From Bacteroidales bacterium (GTDB taxonomy: Bacteria > Bacteroidota > Bacteroidia > Bacteroidales > F082), in contig JAZKYV010000040.1 of the NCBI GenBank assembly GCA_045612345.1, positions 13,749 to 77,748 of the forward strand: a DNA stretch of 64,000 nt. The letters are read 5' to 3'. This document shows, piece after piece, positions 54,476-63,609 of the stretch; position 1 is the stretch's first letter, and each line of letters opens with the position of its first letter. Position numbers and translations under genes: made by a program. The notes under the pieces are model-generated. The model was given only the letters and a program-made list of their open reading frames with translations. It did no database searches and was not told the DNA's origin.

Positions 54476-54826
54476 ATGAGAAATTTTAGAGAATATGACA
54501 TTTGGAAAGATTCGATGATCATTACCAAAGATGTTTATTTATATACAAAAGAGTTTCCAAAACAAGATGCCATTATAAATCAAATGCAAAGGGCTGCAAT
54601 TTCTATCCCGTCTAATATTGCAGAAGGTTCATCGAGAAAGTCTTCTGTTGAATTTGCTAGATATATAGAAATAGCATTGGGTTCAGCATACGAGTTAGAG
54701 ACACAAATAGAATTGTCTTTTCTTCTTCATTACATAAATAATGATATTTATAAAAAATTAATATCAAATGTTTGTAGTGTTGAAAAACGAATGTCAAAAT
54801 TTATATCAACATTAAGAGAAAAATAG
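54476..54826 (+). CDS. Four-helix-bundle protein, 23S rRNA-IVS / DGR-Avd family (copy 3, divergent)
   Basis: 116 aa with NQMQRAAISIPSNIAEGSSR...YIEIALGSAYELETQ. Confidence 0.8.
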   Translation: MRNFREYDIWKDSMIITKDVYLYTKEFPKQDAIINQMQRAAISIPSNIAEGSSRKSSVEFARYIEIALGSAYELETQIELSFLLHYINNDIYKKLISNVCSVEKRMSKFISTLREK

Positions 54827-54892
54827 CTCAAAGTTCAGAGCTCAAAGTTCAAAGCTTAAAGTTCAGAGCTCAAAGTTCAAAGTTCAGAGTCC
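54827..54892. repeat. Heptad array (GYTCARA/GCTTAAA)x9
   Basis: ctcaaa gttcaga gctcaaa gttcaaa gcttaaa gttcaga gctcaaa gttcaaa gttcaga gtcc. It fills exactly the gap between the 4HB stop (54826) and the polA stop (54893). Confidence 0.9.
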
Positions 54893-57583
54893 TTAGTGCG
54901 CTTCCAGCCAATTGGTTCCTGTGTTGAGATTAACTTCAATAGGAACATTGAGTGGGAGCGCATTTGTCATTTTATCTTTGACGAGTTCGCTCAATATATC
55001 GAGTTCTTCTTTATGGACGTCGAAGACCAATTCGTCGTGTACCTGTAATATCATCTTGGATTTCAGATCTCTTGCTTTCATCTCGTTGTAGATGTTGGTC
55101 ATCGCTATTTTTATCATATCGGCTGAGCTGCCTTGTATTGGCGCATTGATGGCGTTTCTCTCTGCGAAGTTCCTTACTACGCTGTTGCCGGAGTTGATGT
55201 CGCGGAGATAACGACGGCGTCCTAACATAGTTTCAACATATCCGTATTGTTTCGCGAAATCGACTTGCTTGTCGATATATTCTTGAATGCCGATATATTC
55301 TTTGAAATAATTCTTTATTATCTCTGAGGCCTCGCTTCTTGATATCTTTAATCTTTCTGCCAATCCGAATGCCGACATTCCGTAAATGATGCCGAAGTTG
55401 ACAGCTTTGGCGTTGCGACGCATTTCGCTGGTGACGTCTTTTATGTCAACGCCATAGACGCGAGCTGCTGTGTCAGCGTGAATGTCAAGCCCCTCACGGA
55501 AGGCAGACTGCATGGCTTGGTCGCCGCTGAGATGAGCGATGATTCTTAACTCAATCTGCGAATAATCCGCTGCGAGCAGTATGTGGTTTTCGTCACGTGG
55601 AACGAAGGCCTTTCTGATCTCACGGCCTTTGTCGGTACGAACCGGTATGTTCTGGAGGTTAGGGTTGTTGGAACTCAATCGACCTGTGGCTGTAACGGCC
55701 TGGTTGAATGAAGTGTGAATGAGACCATCGTAAGGGCTTACCAATGAAGGCAAGGCATCGACATAAGTCGATTTGAGTTTTGTCAGAGAACGATAGTCGA
55801 GAATATGTTGTACTATAGGGTTTTCGTTTATGATCTTTTGGAGGACATCTTCGCCTGTAGGATACTGGCCTGTCTTTGTTTTCTTGGCAGGCGCCTTTAT
55901 CTGCAGCTTGTCAAAAAGAATCTCGCCCAATTGTTTTGGTGATCCAATGTTGAAAGTCGTGCCAGCGATTTCATAGATGCTGTTTTCTATATCAGCAATC
56001 TCTTTGGCTTGTTCCTCGCTGATCTGTTTCAGTCCGTTGATGTCTATCTTGACGCCGTTGGATTCCATCTTGGCAAGGACTCTTACCAATGGCATCTCGA
56101 TGTCGTGGAAAAGGCTTTCTAAATCATTTTCAGATAATAAGTCCTTGAACTTATCGTAAAGCTGCCATCTGATGTCGGTATTGTCTGTGGCGTAAATGTC
56201 GTTGAGATAATCGAGACTATGATTCAATTCCGGCTCAATGAGATAGTGAGCTATCATGCAGTCCCATAACTTATTGTTGATCTCAAAACCATATTTTGCA
56301 AGAATTGAGATGTCGGTCTTGATGTTATGGCCTATTATCGTTTTCTCATTGTCGTTGAAGATGCAAGAGAATTTTGTTAATAAGTCTTTGCATTTCTCGT
56401 CATCGACAGGAAGTTCTATCTTGTAAATGTCGTTAGGGTTGACGGCAAAAGTCATTTCTCTTGTCTCGATATGGAAAGAGAATTCATTGCAGCTCTTGAG
56501 ATTGTCAATAAGTTCATTGATTTGAGAATCATCTTTAACGATGATGAACTCACGAGTTTTAACAATGTTGGTAGCAGGTTCTTCATCGAAGCCGCCGAAA
56601 AGATCAAGCTGGCTGTTGGCTGCTGGCTGTTGGGTATTAGCCATCGGCTTTTGGCTTTTAGCTACTGGTTGTTGGTTATTGGTTGAAGTCTGTTGTCTGT
56701 TGTCTGTTGTCCGTTGACTCTTAAACCTCGCAAGGAATGTTCTGAATTCCAGTTCTTCGAATAATTCGGTGAGGCGATCCATATCAGGGTCTTTGACTTT
56801 CAGCTGTTCTTCATCGAAATCGACAGGTACGTTGGTGTCTATTGTCGCGAGTTTTTTAGACATAAGACCTTGTTGTGCGAAGTTGATGACGTTCTCTCGC
56901 ATTTTGCCTTTTAGTTTATCGGCATTTGCGATGAGGTTTTCAACGGAGTCGAATTCAGCTATGAGTTTGGAAGCGTTTTTCTCCCCGATGCCAGGGATGC
57001 CAGGGATGTTATCGGAAGCGTCGCCCCATAGTCCGAGTATGTCGATGACTTGTTCAGGGCGGGCAATGCTGTATCTCTCGCATACTTCTGCAGGTCCGAG
57101 GACTTTTGCAGGCTCGCCGCCTTTTGCAGGTTTATAGATGAATATGTTTTCACTTACGAGCTGCCCGAAGTCTTTGTCGGGAGTCATCATAAATGTGGTG
57201 AAGCCTTCTTTTTCAGCTTTCTTGGATAGCGTTCCTATTATGTCATCGGCTTCATAGCCTTCGCGTTCGAAGATAGGAATGTTAAAAGCTTTTATGATTT
57301 CCTTTATGTAAGGGACAGAAGCCTTGATGTCAGGAGGTGTCTCTTCTCGGTTGGCCTTATAAGCGGAGAAGTCGTCGGTGCGGAGGGTAGGAGCGCCGAG
57401 GTCGAAGGCAATGCCTATATGGGTGGGTTTTTCGTTTTTAAGCACTTCATATAAAGTGTTCAGAAAACCCATAATGGCAGAAGTGTTCAAGCCTTTTGAG
57501 TTGATTCTTGGGTTTTTATTTAAAGCAAAATAGGCCCTATATATAAGTGCGTAAGCGTCGAGAAAGAATACCTTTTTCATCAT
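54893..57583 (-). CDS. polA: DNA polymerase I
   Basis: 896 aa with a 5' nuclease domain (FLDAYALIYRAYF, GIPGIGEKNA), a 3'-5' exo-like domain, and pol motifs (LLAADYSQIELR, RRNAKAVNFGIIYG, QVHDELVFD). It contains an in-frame repeat-derived linker. Confidence 0.95.
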   Translation of the reverse strand: MMKKVFFLDAYALIYRAYFALNKNPRINSKGLNTSAIMGFLNTLYEVLKNEKPTHIGIAFDLGAPTLRTDDFSAYKANREETPPDIKASVPYIKEIIKAFNIPIFEREGYEADDIIGTLSKKAEKEGFTTFMMTPDKDFGQLVSENIFIYKPAKGGEPAKVLGPAEVCERYSIARPEQVIDILGLWGDASDNIPGIPGIGEKNASKLIAEFDSVENLIANADKLKGKMRENVINFAQQGLMSKKLATIDTNVPVDFDEEQLKVKDPDMDRLTELFEELEFRTFLARFKSQRTTDNRQQTSTNNQQPVAKSQKPMANTQQPAANSQLDLFGGFDEEPATNIVKTREFIIVKDDSQINELIDNLKSCNEFSFHIETREMTFAVNPNDIYKIELPVDDEKCKDLLTKFSCIFNDNEKTIIGHNIKTDISILAKYGFEINNKLWDCMIAHYLIEPELNHSLDYLNDIYATDNTDIRWQLYDKFKDLLSENDLESLFHDIEMPLVRVLAKMESNGVKIDINGLKQISEEQAKEIADIENSIYEIAGTTFNIGSPKQLGEILFDKLQIKAPAKKTKTGQYPTGEDVLQKIINENPIVQHILDYRSLTKLKSTYVDALPSLVSPYDGLIHTSFNQAVTATGRLSSNNPNLQNIPVRTDKGREIRKAFVPRDENHILLAADYSQIELRIIAHLSGDQAMQSAFREGLDIHADTAARVYGVDIKDVTSEMRRNAKAVNFGIIYGMSAFGLAERLKISRSEASEIIKNYFKEYIGIQEYIDKQVDFAKQYGYVETMLGRRRYLRDINSGNSVVRNFAERNAINAPIQGSSADMIKIAMTNIYNEMKARDLKSKMILQVHDELVFDVHKEELDILSELVKDKMTNALPLNVPIEVNLNTGTNWLEAH
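56609..56720. repeat. Intragenic heptad array, 16 units (112 bp), inside polA
   Basis: ctggctg ttggctg ctggctg ttgggta ttagcca tcggctt ttggctt ttagcta ctggttg ttggtta ttggttg aagtctg ttgtctg ttgtctg ttgtccg ttgactc. On the coding strand this gives the 7-aa-periodic QRTTDNR QQTSTNN QQPVAKS QKPMANT QQPAANS. Confidence 0.88.
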
Positions 57584-57722
57584 TTTTTATTTTTAGTAAA
57601 AGTAGAAAAAAAATGCGTAAGGAGGTAAATAAAAATGAAATTTTAAATAATTGATAATCAAGTTTGATTTTTTTAGAGAGTCAAAATGTTCAAAAAAAGT
57701 GCTGTGATTCAAAAAAAAGGTT

Positions 57723-57730
57723 TAACTTTG
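57723..57730 (+). promoter_or_regulatory. Bacteroidota -7 promoter motif TAnnTTTG (TAACTTTG)
   Basis: Exact match, 56 nt upstream of the acpP ATG. Confidence 0.5.
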
Positions 57731-57785
57731 CAACAAAGTTTTTTTTCTTGAGCAGAAAATATTATTAACTTAAATTTTTAAAATC

Positions 57786-58022
57786 ATGGCAGACGTTAAA
57801 GAAAAAGTTGTGTCAATCATCGTTGATAAATTAGGTGTTAATCCTGAAGACGTAGTAGAAACAGCAAGTTTCACAAATGATTTAGGTGCTGATTCACTTG
57901 ACACAGTTGAGTTAATCATGGAATTTGAAAAAGAATTTAATGTTACAATTCCAGACGATCAAGCAGAGAAGATCTCTACAGTGGGTGACGCTTTGAAATA
58001 TATTGAAGAAAATATTGACTAA
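57786..58022 (+). CDS. acpP: Acyl carrier protein
   Basis: 78 aa with the phosphopantetheine site [13 protein letters not shown]. Confidence 0.95.
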   Translation: MADVKEKVVSIIVDKLGVNPEDVVETASFTNDLGADSLDTVELIMEFEKEFNVTIPDDQAEKISTVGDALKYIEENID

Positions 58023-58036
58023 TTAAGCAATAATAT

Positions 58037-59290
58037 ATGGAATTAAGACGTGTAGTTATTACTGGATTAGGAGCTATCACGCCGATAGGTAATACAGTTT
58101 CAGAATTTTGGGATGCATTATGTAAAGGTGTTAATGGCGCAGGTCCTATAACACGTTTTGATTCTTCAAAGTTTAAAACTCGCATAGCTTGTGAGGTCAA
58201 GAATTACGATTCACTTCAATTCTTTGATCGTAAAGAAGCAAGAAAATTGGATTTGTATGCTCAGTTTGCAATCATTGCATCTGACGAAGCAATCCGAGAT
58301 TCACAAATTACCAAAGACAATACTGACTTTAATGAGGTCGGTGTTGTCTTTAGTTCTGGTATAGGTGGCATAAATAGCTTCTATGAAGAGATAATGTCTC
58401 ATGCTGCCGGAGATGGAACTCCTCGTTTCAACCCATTCATTATCCCTAAATTATTACCAGACTTAGCAGGCGGACATATTTCAATCAGACATGGTTTCTT
58501 GGGACCTAACTATTCTACTGTATCAGCATGTGCTTCATCAGCAAATGCTATAGCAGAAGGTTTCAATTATATCCGTTACGGTATGTTCCCTGTAATTGTT
58601 GTCGGCGGTTCAGAAGCTGCTGTTTCTGTTCCTGCAATGGCTGGCTTTGAATCAATGCATGCCATGACAACACGCAATGATGATCCTATGACAGCTTCTC
58701 GTCCTTTTGATAAAGACCGCGATGGTTTCCTTATGGGTGAGGGTTGCGGCTGTCTCGTATTGGAAGATCTTGAACATGCTCTTGCACGCGGAGCCAAGAT
58801 TTATGGCGAAGTGGTCGGTTGTGGCTTGTCAAGCGATGCATATCATATCACAGCTCCACATCCTGAAGGAAAAGGCGCTATGTTATGTATGGAACGCGCT
58901 ATTAAATCAGCAGGCTTGAAACCTACCGACATCGACCATATCAATACACACGGAACATCAACACCAGCAGGTGACTCTTCAGAAGCATTGGCGATAAGCA
59001 AGCTGTTCGGAGAACATGTCGCTAACATGCCTATCAACTCTATCAAGTCAATGACAGGACATTTGCTCGGTGGTTCTAGCGCTATTGAATCAATAGCAAC
59101 AGTGTTGTCATTACGTGATGGTATAATACCTCCGACAATCAATCACTTTAATGATGACCCAGCAATAGATTCTAATCTCGATATTGTTTATTGGGAAGCC
59201 CGTAAGAAAGATATGACATACGCCTTGAGCAACGCTTTTGGCTTCGGCGGTCATAATGCAAGTGTAATATTTAAGAAATATCAACAATAA
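58037..59290 (+). CDS. fabF: Beta-ketoacyl-ACP synthase II
   Basis: 417 aa with RRVVITGLG, active-site Cys context VSACASS, HGTSTP, and NAFGFGGHNAS. Confidence 0.95.
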   Translation: MELRRVVITGLGAITPIGNTVSEFWDALCKGVNGAGPITRFDSSKFKTRIACEVKNYDSLQFFDRKEARKLDLYAQFAIIASDEAIRDSQITKDNTDFNEVGVVFSSGIGGINSFYEEIMSHAAGDGTPRFNPFIIPKLLPDLAGGHISIRHGFLGPNYSTVSACASSANAIAEGFNYIRYGMFPVIVVGGSEAAVSVPAMAGFESMHAMTTRNDDPMTASRPFDKDRDGFLMGEGCGCLVLEDLEHALARGAKIYGEVVGCGLSSDAYHITAPHPEGKGAMLCMERAIKSAGLKPTDIDHINTHGTSTPAGDSSEALAISKLFGEHVANMPINSIKSMTGHLLGGSSAIESIATVLSLRDGIIPPTINHFNDDPAIDSNLDIVYWEARKKDMTYALSNAFGFGGHNASVIFKKYQQ

Positions 59291-59298
59291 TTTAGGCC

Positions 59299-60030
59299 TT
59301 GTCTTTACTCACATTCTTTAGATATAGAAATAAGTCTGATAGAGCATTGGCAAGTTCTATCCATAATATCTTTGGCTTTTATCCTAAAAATATAGAATTG
59401 TATAAATTGGCTTTCACTCATAAGTCAATGTCTATAAAAAATAGTGGATATAGCATTAGCAATGAACGCCTTGAGTTCCTTGGTGACGCTGTGTTGAGCA
59501 CTATCGTAGCTCAGTTCTTATTTAAGAAATATCCGACACGACAAGAAGGCTTCATGACAGAGATGCGCTCTAAAATCGTAAGTCGCGCTTCCTTGAATAA
59601 GCTGTCCCAGAAATTCGGTTTCGAAAATCTGATCAATTACGCAAGATCTAACGAACAAGGTAAATCTAAATCAATGGGCGGTAATGCTTTCGAGGCTTTC
59701 ACCGGCGCTTTGTTCCTAGATTATGGCTACGAATACGCATATAAGATAATGGTGAACCGTGTCATAAGAATGCATATCGATCTTGAAGAACTTGAGAAGA
59801 ACGAGACTAACTATAAAAGCAAGCTTCTTGAATGGGCGCAGAGACAGAAACGTCGCGTGGTGTTTAATCAAGTGGCTGTTAAAGGCGCCGGTTACGACCG
59901 ACTATATCATATTCAAGTCACTATCGATGATGAAGAATATGGCAAGGCTGCAGACCATTCTATAAAAGGAGCAGAACAGCTTGCAGCAGAGAAGACCTGG
60001 TTAATGATGAACGAACAGAACTCTCAATGA
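59299..60030 (+). CDS. rnc: Ribonuclease III
   Basis: RNase III signature NERLEFLGDAVL and a C-terminal dsRBD (YKSKLLEWAQ...GAEQLAAEK). The start is apparently TTG at 59299, because an in-frame TAG at 59293 precludes an upstream start. Confidence 0.88.
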   Translation: MSLLTFFRYRNKSDRALASSIHNIFGFYPKNIELYKLAFTHKSMSIKNSGYSISNERLEFLGDAVLSTIVAQFLFKKYPTRQEGFMTEMRSKIVSRASLNKLSQKFGFENLINYARSNEQGKSKSMGGNAFEAFTGALFLDYGYEYAYKIMVNRVIRMHIDLEELEKNETNYKSKLLEWAQRQKRRVVFNQVAVKGAGYDRLYHIQVTIDDEEYGKAADHSIKGAEQLAAEKTWLMMNEQNSQ

Positions 60031-60485
60031 AGAAAAAAACAAAATTCGTTGTGGAACCTTTTGATGATATCAGAATAATTGGTATCAATACAGGGATGCT
60101 TGATTATCAGCTGGCCTGGAATATAAATAAAGCATTGAAAATAGATCTTGCAAAGTATAAGGATATCCCTTCTGAGGATGACGATTTATTCTCTTTTTAT
60201 CTTTATGATGCTGGAGAGAACTCGAATGCTTTCAACCTTGTAGCTTTGTCTAATGAAGATACCAGATGGGTGTCGTTTTCTCCGCAGACAGATTATCTTT
60301 TCATCGTTAGAAATTATATCAAAGACTCAGATTTTCAATCTTTATTAATGAAGATAAAGGCGATACCAAAGGTTATTTATGCCTATGTCGTAGATCTTGG
60401 GAAGAATTCAAAGATTGACACTATCCTTGAGGACATAGAACTGCATGAGATGAATATCGTTGATGAGATGAATAAAAGATATTAA
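60027..60485 (+). CDS. IPExxxVDY-family protein (Bacteroidota, rnc-linked)
   Basis: 152 aa overlapping the rnc stop by 4 nt. The N-terminal FDDIRIIGINTGMLDYQLAWNINKAL and internal SPQTDYLFIV match my recollection of this family's pattern. Confidence 0.55.
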   Translation: MKKKTKFVVEPFDDIRIIGINTGMLDYQLAWNINKALKIDLAKYKDIPSEDDDLFSFYLYDAGENSNAFNLVALSNEDTRWVSFSPQTDYLFIVRNYIKDSDFQSLLMKIKAIPKVIYAYVVDLGKNSKIDTILEDIELHEMNIVDEMNKRY

Positions 60486-60520
60486 AAAACGTCACATTCT
60501 GAGAAAGTGACGTTTTTTTT
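60484..60520. terminator. Bidirectional rho-independent terminator
   Basis: AAAAAACGTCAC, loop, GTGACGTTTTTTTT, between convergent genes. Confidence 0.8.
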
Positions 60521-60523
60521 GTT

Positions 60524-60557
60524 CAATGGCCAACGGCCAATAGCCTTTAGCCAATTA
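60524..60557. repeat. Heptad array (CAAYRGC)x4-5 overlapping the pheS stop
   Basis: caatggc caacggc caatagc ctttagc caatta. The stop codon (60555-60557) lies in the last unit. Confidence 0.8.
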
Positions 60558-61568
60558 TGCTTGTTCAAACTGTTTCAAGAATCTTACATCGTTTTCGAAG
60601 TAAAGACGTAAGTCGTTGACTTGATATTTCAACATGGCGATACGTTCAACACCCATACCGAAAGCGAAGCCTGTATATACTTCAGGGTCGATGTTACATG
60701 CTTTCAAGATGTTAGGGTCGCAGATGCCGCAGCCTAAGATTTCCAACCAGCCTGTGTGTTTACAGATGTTACAGCCTTTTCCGCCGCAGATGTTACATGA
60801 GATGTCCATTTCTGCAGAAGTCTCTGTAAATGGGAAATAAGAAGGACGGAAACGAACCTTTGTCTCTTCGCCGAAATATTCTTTCACGAAGTGGAATAAT
60901 GTCTGTTTCAAGTCGGCAAAAGAAACGTCTTTGTCGATGTAAAGACCTTCTATCTGGTGGAAGATGCAGTGAGCGCGAGCTGAGATAGCTTCGTTACGGA
61001 ACACTCTGCCAGGAGCGATGATGCGGATAGGAGGCTGTCCTTGTTCCATAGCGCGTACCTGAACGCTTGAAGTGTGAGTTCTCAACAATACATCTGGATC
61101 TTTGCTGATGAAGAATGTGTCTTGCATATCGCGAGCAGGATGGTCAGGAGGGAAGTTCAATGCTGTGAAGCAGTGGAAGTCGTCTTCGATCTCAGGACCT
61201 TCGCTGATGACAAAACCCAATCGCTCAAATATGTTGTTGATTTCTTCTCTTACGATTGACAATGGGTGACGAGCACCTTTCATTGCATCTACAGGGAGAG
61301 ACAAATCTTGGTCGTTTGTAGCGACGTTTTGTGTCTCGAATTGTTGCATCTGTTCGTCAAAGATTTCTTGAGCTCTGTTTTTTAACTCGTTAAGTTTTAT
61401 ACCGAGCTCTTTGCGCATTTCCGGAGCCACTTGTTTGAAATCGGCAAACAATGCAGGAATAGCACCTTTCTTACTGATATAAGCAACTCTGAAGTTTTCT
61501 AAAGCTTCTTTGCTTTCTGCTTTAAAAGAGTTAATCTCTCCTAATATCTGAGCTATTTTATCTATCAT
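60555..61568 (-). CDS. pheS: Phenylalanine--tRNA ligase alpha subunit
   Basis: 337 aa with class II motifs (HPLSIV, RTHTSSVQVR, FRPSYFPFTETSAE, GFAFGMGVERIAM). Confidence 0.95.
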   Translation of the reverse strand: MIDKIAQILGEINSFKAESKEALENFRVAYISKKGAIPALFADFKQVAPEMRKELGIKLNELKNRAQEIFDEQMQQFETQNVATNDQDLSLPVDAMKGARHPLSIVREEINNIFERLGFVISEGPEIEDDFHCFTALNFPPDHPARDMQDTFFISKDPDVLLRTHTSSVQVRAMEQGQPPIRIIAPGRVFRNEAISARAHCIFHQIEGLYIDKDVSFADLKQTLFHFVKEYFGEETKVRFRPSYFPFTETSAEMDISCNICGGKGCNICKHTGWLEILGCGICDPNILKACNIDPEVYTGFAFGMGVERIAMLKYQVNDLRLYFENDVRFLKQFEQA

Positions 61569-61581
61569 TTTATTTACTTTT

Positions 61582-61650
61582 AGTCAACAGACAACGGACA
61601 ACGGACAACACTCAAAAGTCATTGTCAATTGTTAATTGTCAATTGTTAAT
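61582..61650. repeat. Heptad arrays (RGACAAC)x4 then (GTYAATT)x4, partly self-complementary
   Basis: agtcaac agacaac ggacaac ggacaac actcaaa agtcatt gtcaatt gttaatt gtcaatt gttaat. It fills the pheS-start / PPIase-stop spacer. Confidence 0.85.
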
Positions 61651-61652
61651 TT

Positions 61653-62276
61653 TTATTTTAAAATTTCAATTGTCATTGTTACGGCTTCAACAGGAACATC
61701 CATATAACCTGTCTTTACCTTAGCGATTTTGTCGATGATTTCGAGACCTTCAACAACTTCACCGAATACTGTATATTCGCCGTCCAAGTGTGGAGTGCCG
61801 CCAACTGTTGTATAAGCTTCGATTTGTTCTTGTGTGAAAGTCAAGCCCATACGTTGTTGATACATTTGGATGTGAGCATCTGTTAACACTTGACCTTGAA
61901 CGATGTAGAATTGGCATCCGCTAGAAGCTTTTTTAGGGTTGACATGGTCTCCTTGACGAGCTGCAGCCAGAGCGCCTTTTTTGTGGATGTGGTTCGCGCG
62001 GAATTCAGCTGGGATTGTATAACCTGGATCAACGCTACCGTCTTGGTTGTGGCCGCCTTGAATCATGAAGTTATTGATAACACGGTGGAATGGTGAATTG
62101 TTGTACCAACCTTCGTTAATAAGCTTTATGAAATTATCTCTATGTAATGGAGTGTCGTTGTATAACTTAACAGTGATGTCACCTAATGAAGTCTTGATCA
62201 AGACTAATGTTTCTTTTTCTTGTGCTTGTGTTGTCATGCCTAATAATATACAAATGATTAAACAAATTTTTTTCAT
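61653..62276 (-). CDS. Cyclophilin-type peptidyl-prolyl cis-trans isomerase (secreted)
   Basis: 207 aa with a signal peptide, FHRVINNFMIQGG, and SGCQFYIV. Confidence 0.9.
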   Translation of the reverse strand: MKKICLIICILLGMTTQAQEKETLVLIKTSLGDITVKLYNDTPLHRDNFIKLINEGWYNNSPFHRVINNFMIQGGHNQDGSVDPGYTIPAEFRANHIHKKGALAAARQGDHVNPKKASSGCQFYIVQGQVLTDAHIQMYQQRMGLTFTQEQIEAYTTVGGTPHLDGEYTVFGEVVEGLEIIDKIAKVKTGYMDVPVEAVTMTIEILK

Positions 62277-62278
62277 AA

Positions 62279-63598
62279 TTAATCGTTTATCTGTGAATAA
62301 ATAATTTCTAATTTGACTCTGCTTGTTGTGTCTTGGCTGTCAGGACCGTGGAAGATCCAGCGTTTTGCGTTGTTGGCTCCTGAATAAGTGTAAACGAATA
62401 ATCCGTAGTTTTCTGCATCAGGACCGGCAAGGACTAAATCTTGTACGTATTCTGAGATTCTGAACCATACTTGATCAGTTTTTGGATCATACATTCCGTT
62501 GTAGTATGCTGTTCCAACCAATTGGTCTGGCAAGATGCTATAAGAACCATCTTCCTTGGCTTTCACTACAACGAGCTGAGCTGGTTGAGAGAAAATCAGT
62601 GTGTCGTTATCAACGCCGTTTATCATTCCGTTAGCTCCTGTCATGATAAGTTTTGCCTCGTTGATAAGAACGTTGGTGTTCATATCTTTTGCCCATTGTG
62701 TTATGTTAGGGAATGTCAATCTTGATCTTACGCCTGCTGTCGACTGAACATACAGATATTGGCTGTTTGTTGTATCGTCGAAAACTATTGGAGCTTGGGC
62801 TGTTGTATAATCGTGATCGAAGTGGTTGAAGCGTATGTATTTGTCGCTTACGTTGAAGTCATAGAATGTAGTATCGTTGTCGCTATGGTAATAGATTCTT
62901 AAGTAAGATTTAGTGTTGAGCAGGTTGAAGTAACAAATAGATCCGGTTCCACTTACAGGTTCGCAAGAGACGTACAAACCATTGAAATAGTTCATGAATG
63001 CAGTGTTTGATGCGAACTGGCTTCCGTTGCTGATGAATTTTTCGCCGAGTGCATTGTCGATAGGAATTCTTACAACAGCAGTTGTGAGAGAGTCATCGTC
63101 GATGTTGCCGCGAGTTCTAGGTCTTGGCAAGAATGTATAGTTGGCTAGTTCTTCGCCATGTGCAAATGAAGTGTTTGAATAATATGTCATTGAATCTCCA
63201 GACATGCTTTCTGCAACTTCATATACTTTCAATGTCAACGGTGTCAATGTGTCGCCGTAGTATCCTGAGTATATCATTTGCAAGACGATAGAGTCGGTTG
63301 TTGCGCCCTCGTCCCATTTGATGCTGTTGCTGGTGAGACCTAATTGTGTGTAGAAACTCAAGTTAGAGTTGCCGAAGATAGGGTCGTTAAGGTCACCGAC
63401 TAACGAAAGTGATGATGCTTTTGTGCTGAGCGAGTCGATATGTTCTGTTTCTGCGACGATGTCATGCTTGCCGGAGAAAGCAACTTTGATGAAACTGCTG
63501 TTAGGTTGTAAGGAGCTGCCGATGTCTGGCAACTTCTTGCAAGAAGCAAAAGCTATAAGCGCTACAAAGAGTGTTAATAAAAGATGTTTTGTTTTCAA
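62279..63598 (-). CDS. DUF4270-like lipoprotein
   Basis: 439 aa with a lipoprotein signal (LIAFASC). Its position directly downstream of the glycogen-synthase-like gene is the usual DUF4270 context in Bacteroidota. The family call is from context and composition. Confidence 0.5.
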   Translation of the reverse strand: MKTKHLLLTLFVALIAFASCKKLPDIGSSLQPNSSFIKVAFSGKHDIVAETEHIDSLSTKASSLSLVGDLNDPIFGNSNLSFYTQLGLTSNSIKWDEGATTDSIVLQMIYSGYYGDTLTPLTLKVYEVAESMSGDSMTYYSNTSFAHGEELANYTFLPRPRTRGNIDDDSLTTAVVRIPIDNALGEKFISNGSQFASNTAFMNYFNGLYVSCEPVSGTGSICYFNLLNTKSYLRIYYHSDNDTTFYDFNVSDKYIRFNHFDHDYTTAQAPIVFDDTTNSQYLYVQSTAGVRSRLTFPNITQWAKDMNTNVLINEAKLIMTGANGMINGVDNDTLIFSQPAQLVVVKAKEDGSYSILPDQLVGTAYYNGMYDPKTDQVWFRISEYVQDLVLAGPDAENYGLFVYTYSGANNAKRWIFHGPDSQDTTSRVKLEIIYSQIND

Positions 63599-63609
63599 GG
63601 TAATACTTA

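Noticed and set aside
54827-54892. CRISPR array interpretation of the tandem repeats
   Set aside because: The units are 7-8 bp and contiguous, with no spacers, and no cas genes are present. The geometry is wrong for CRISPR.
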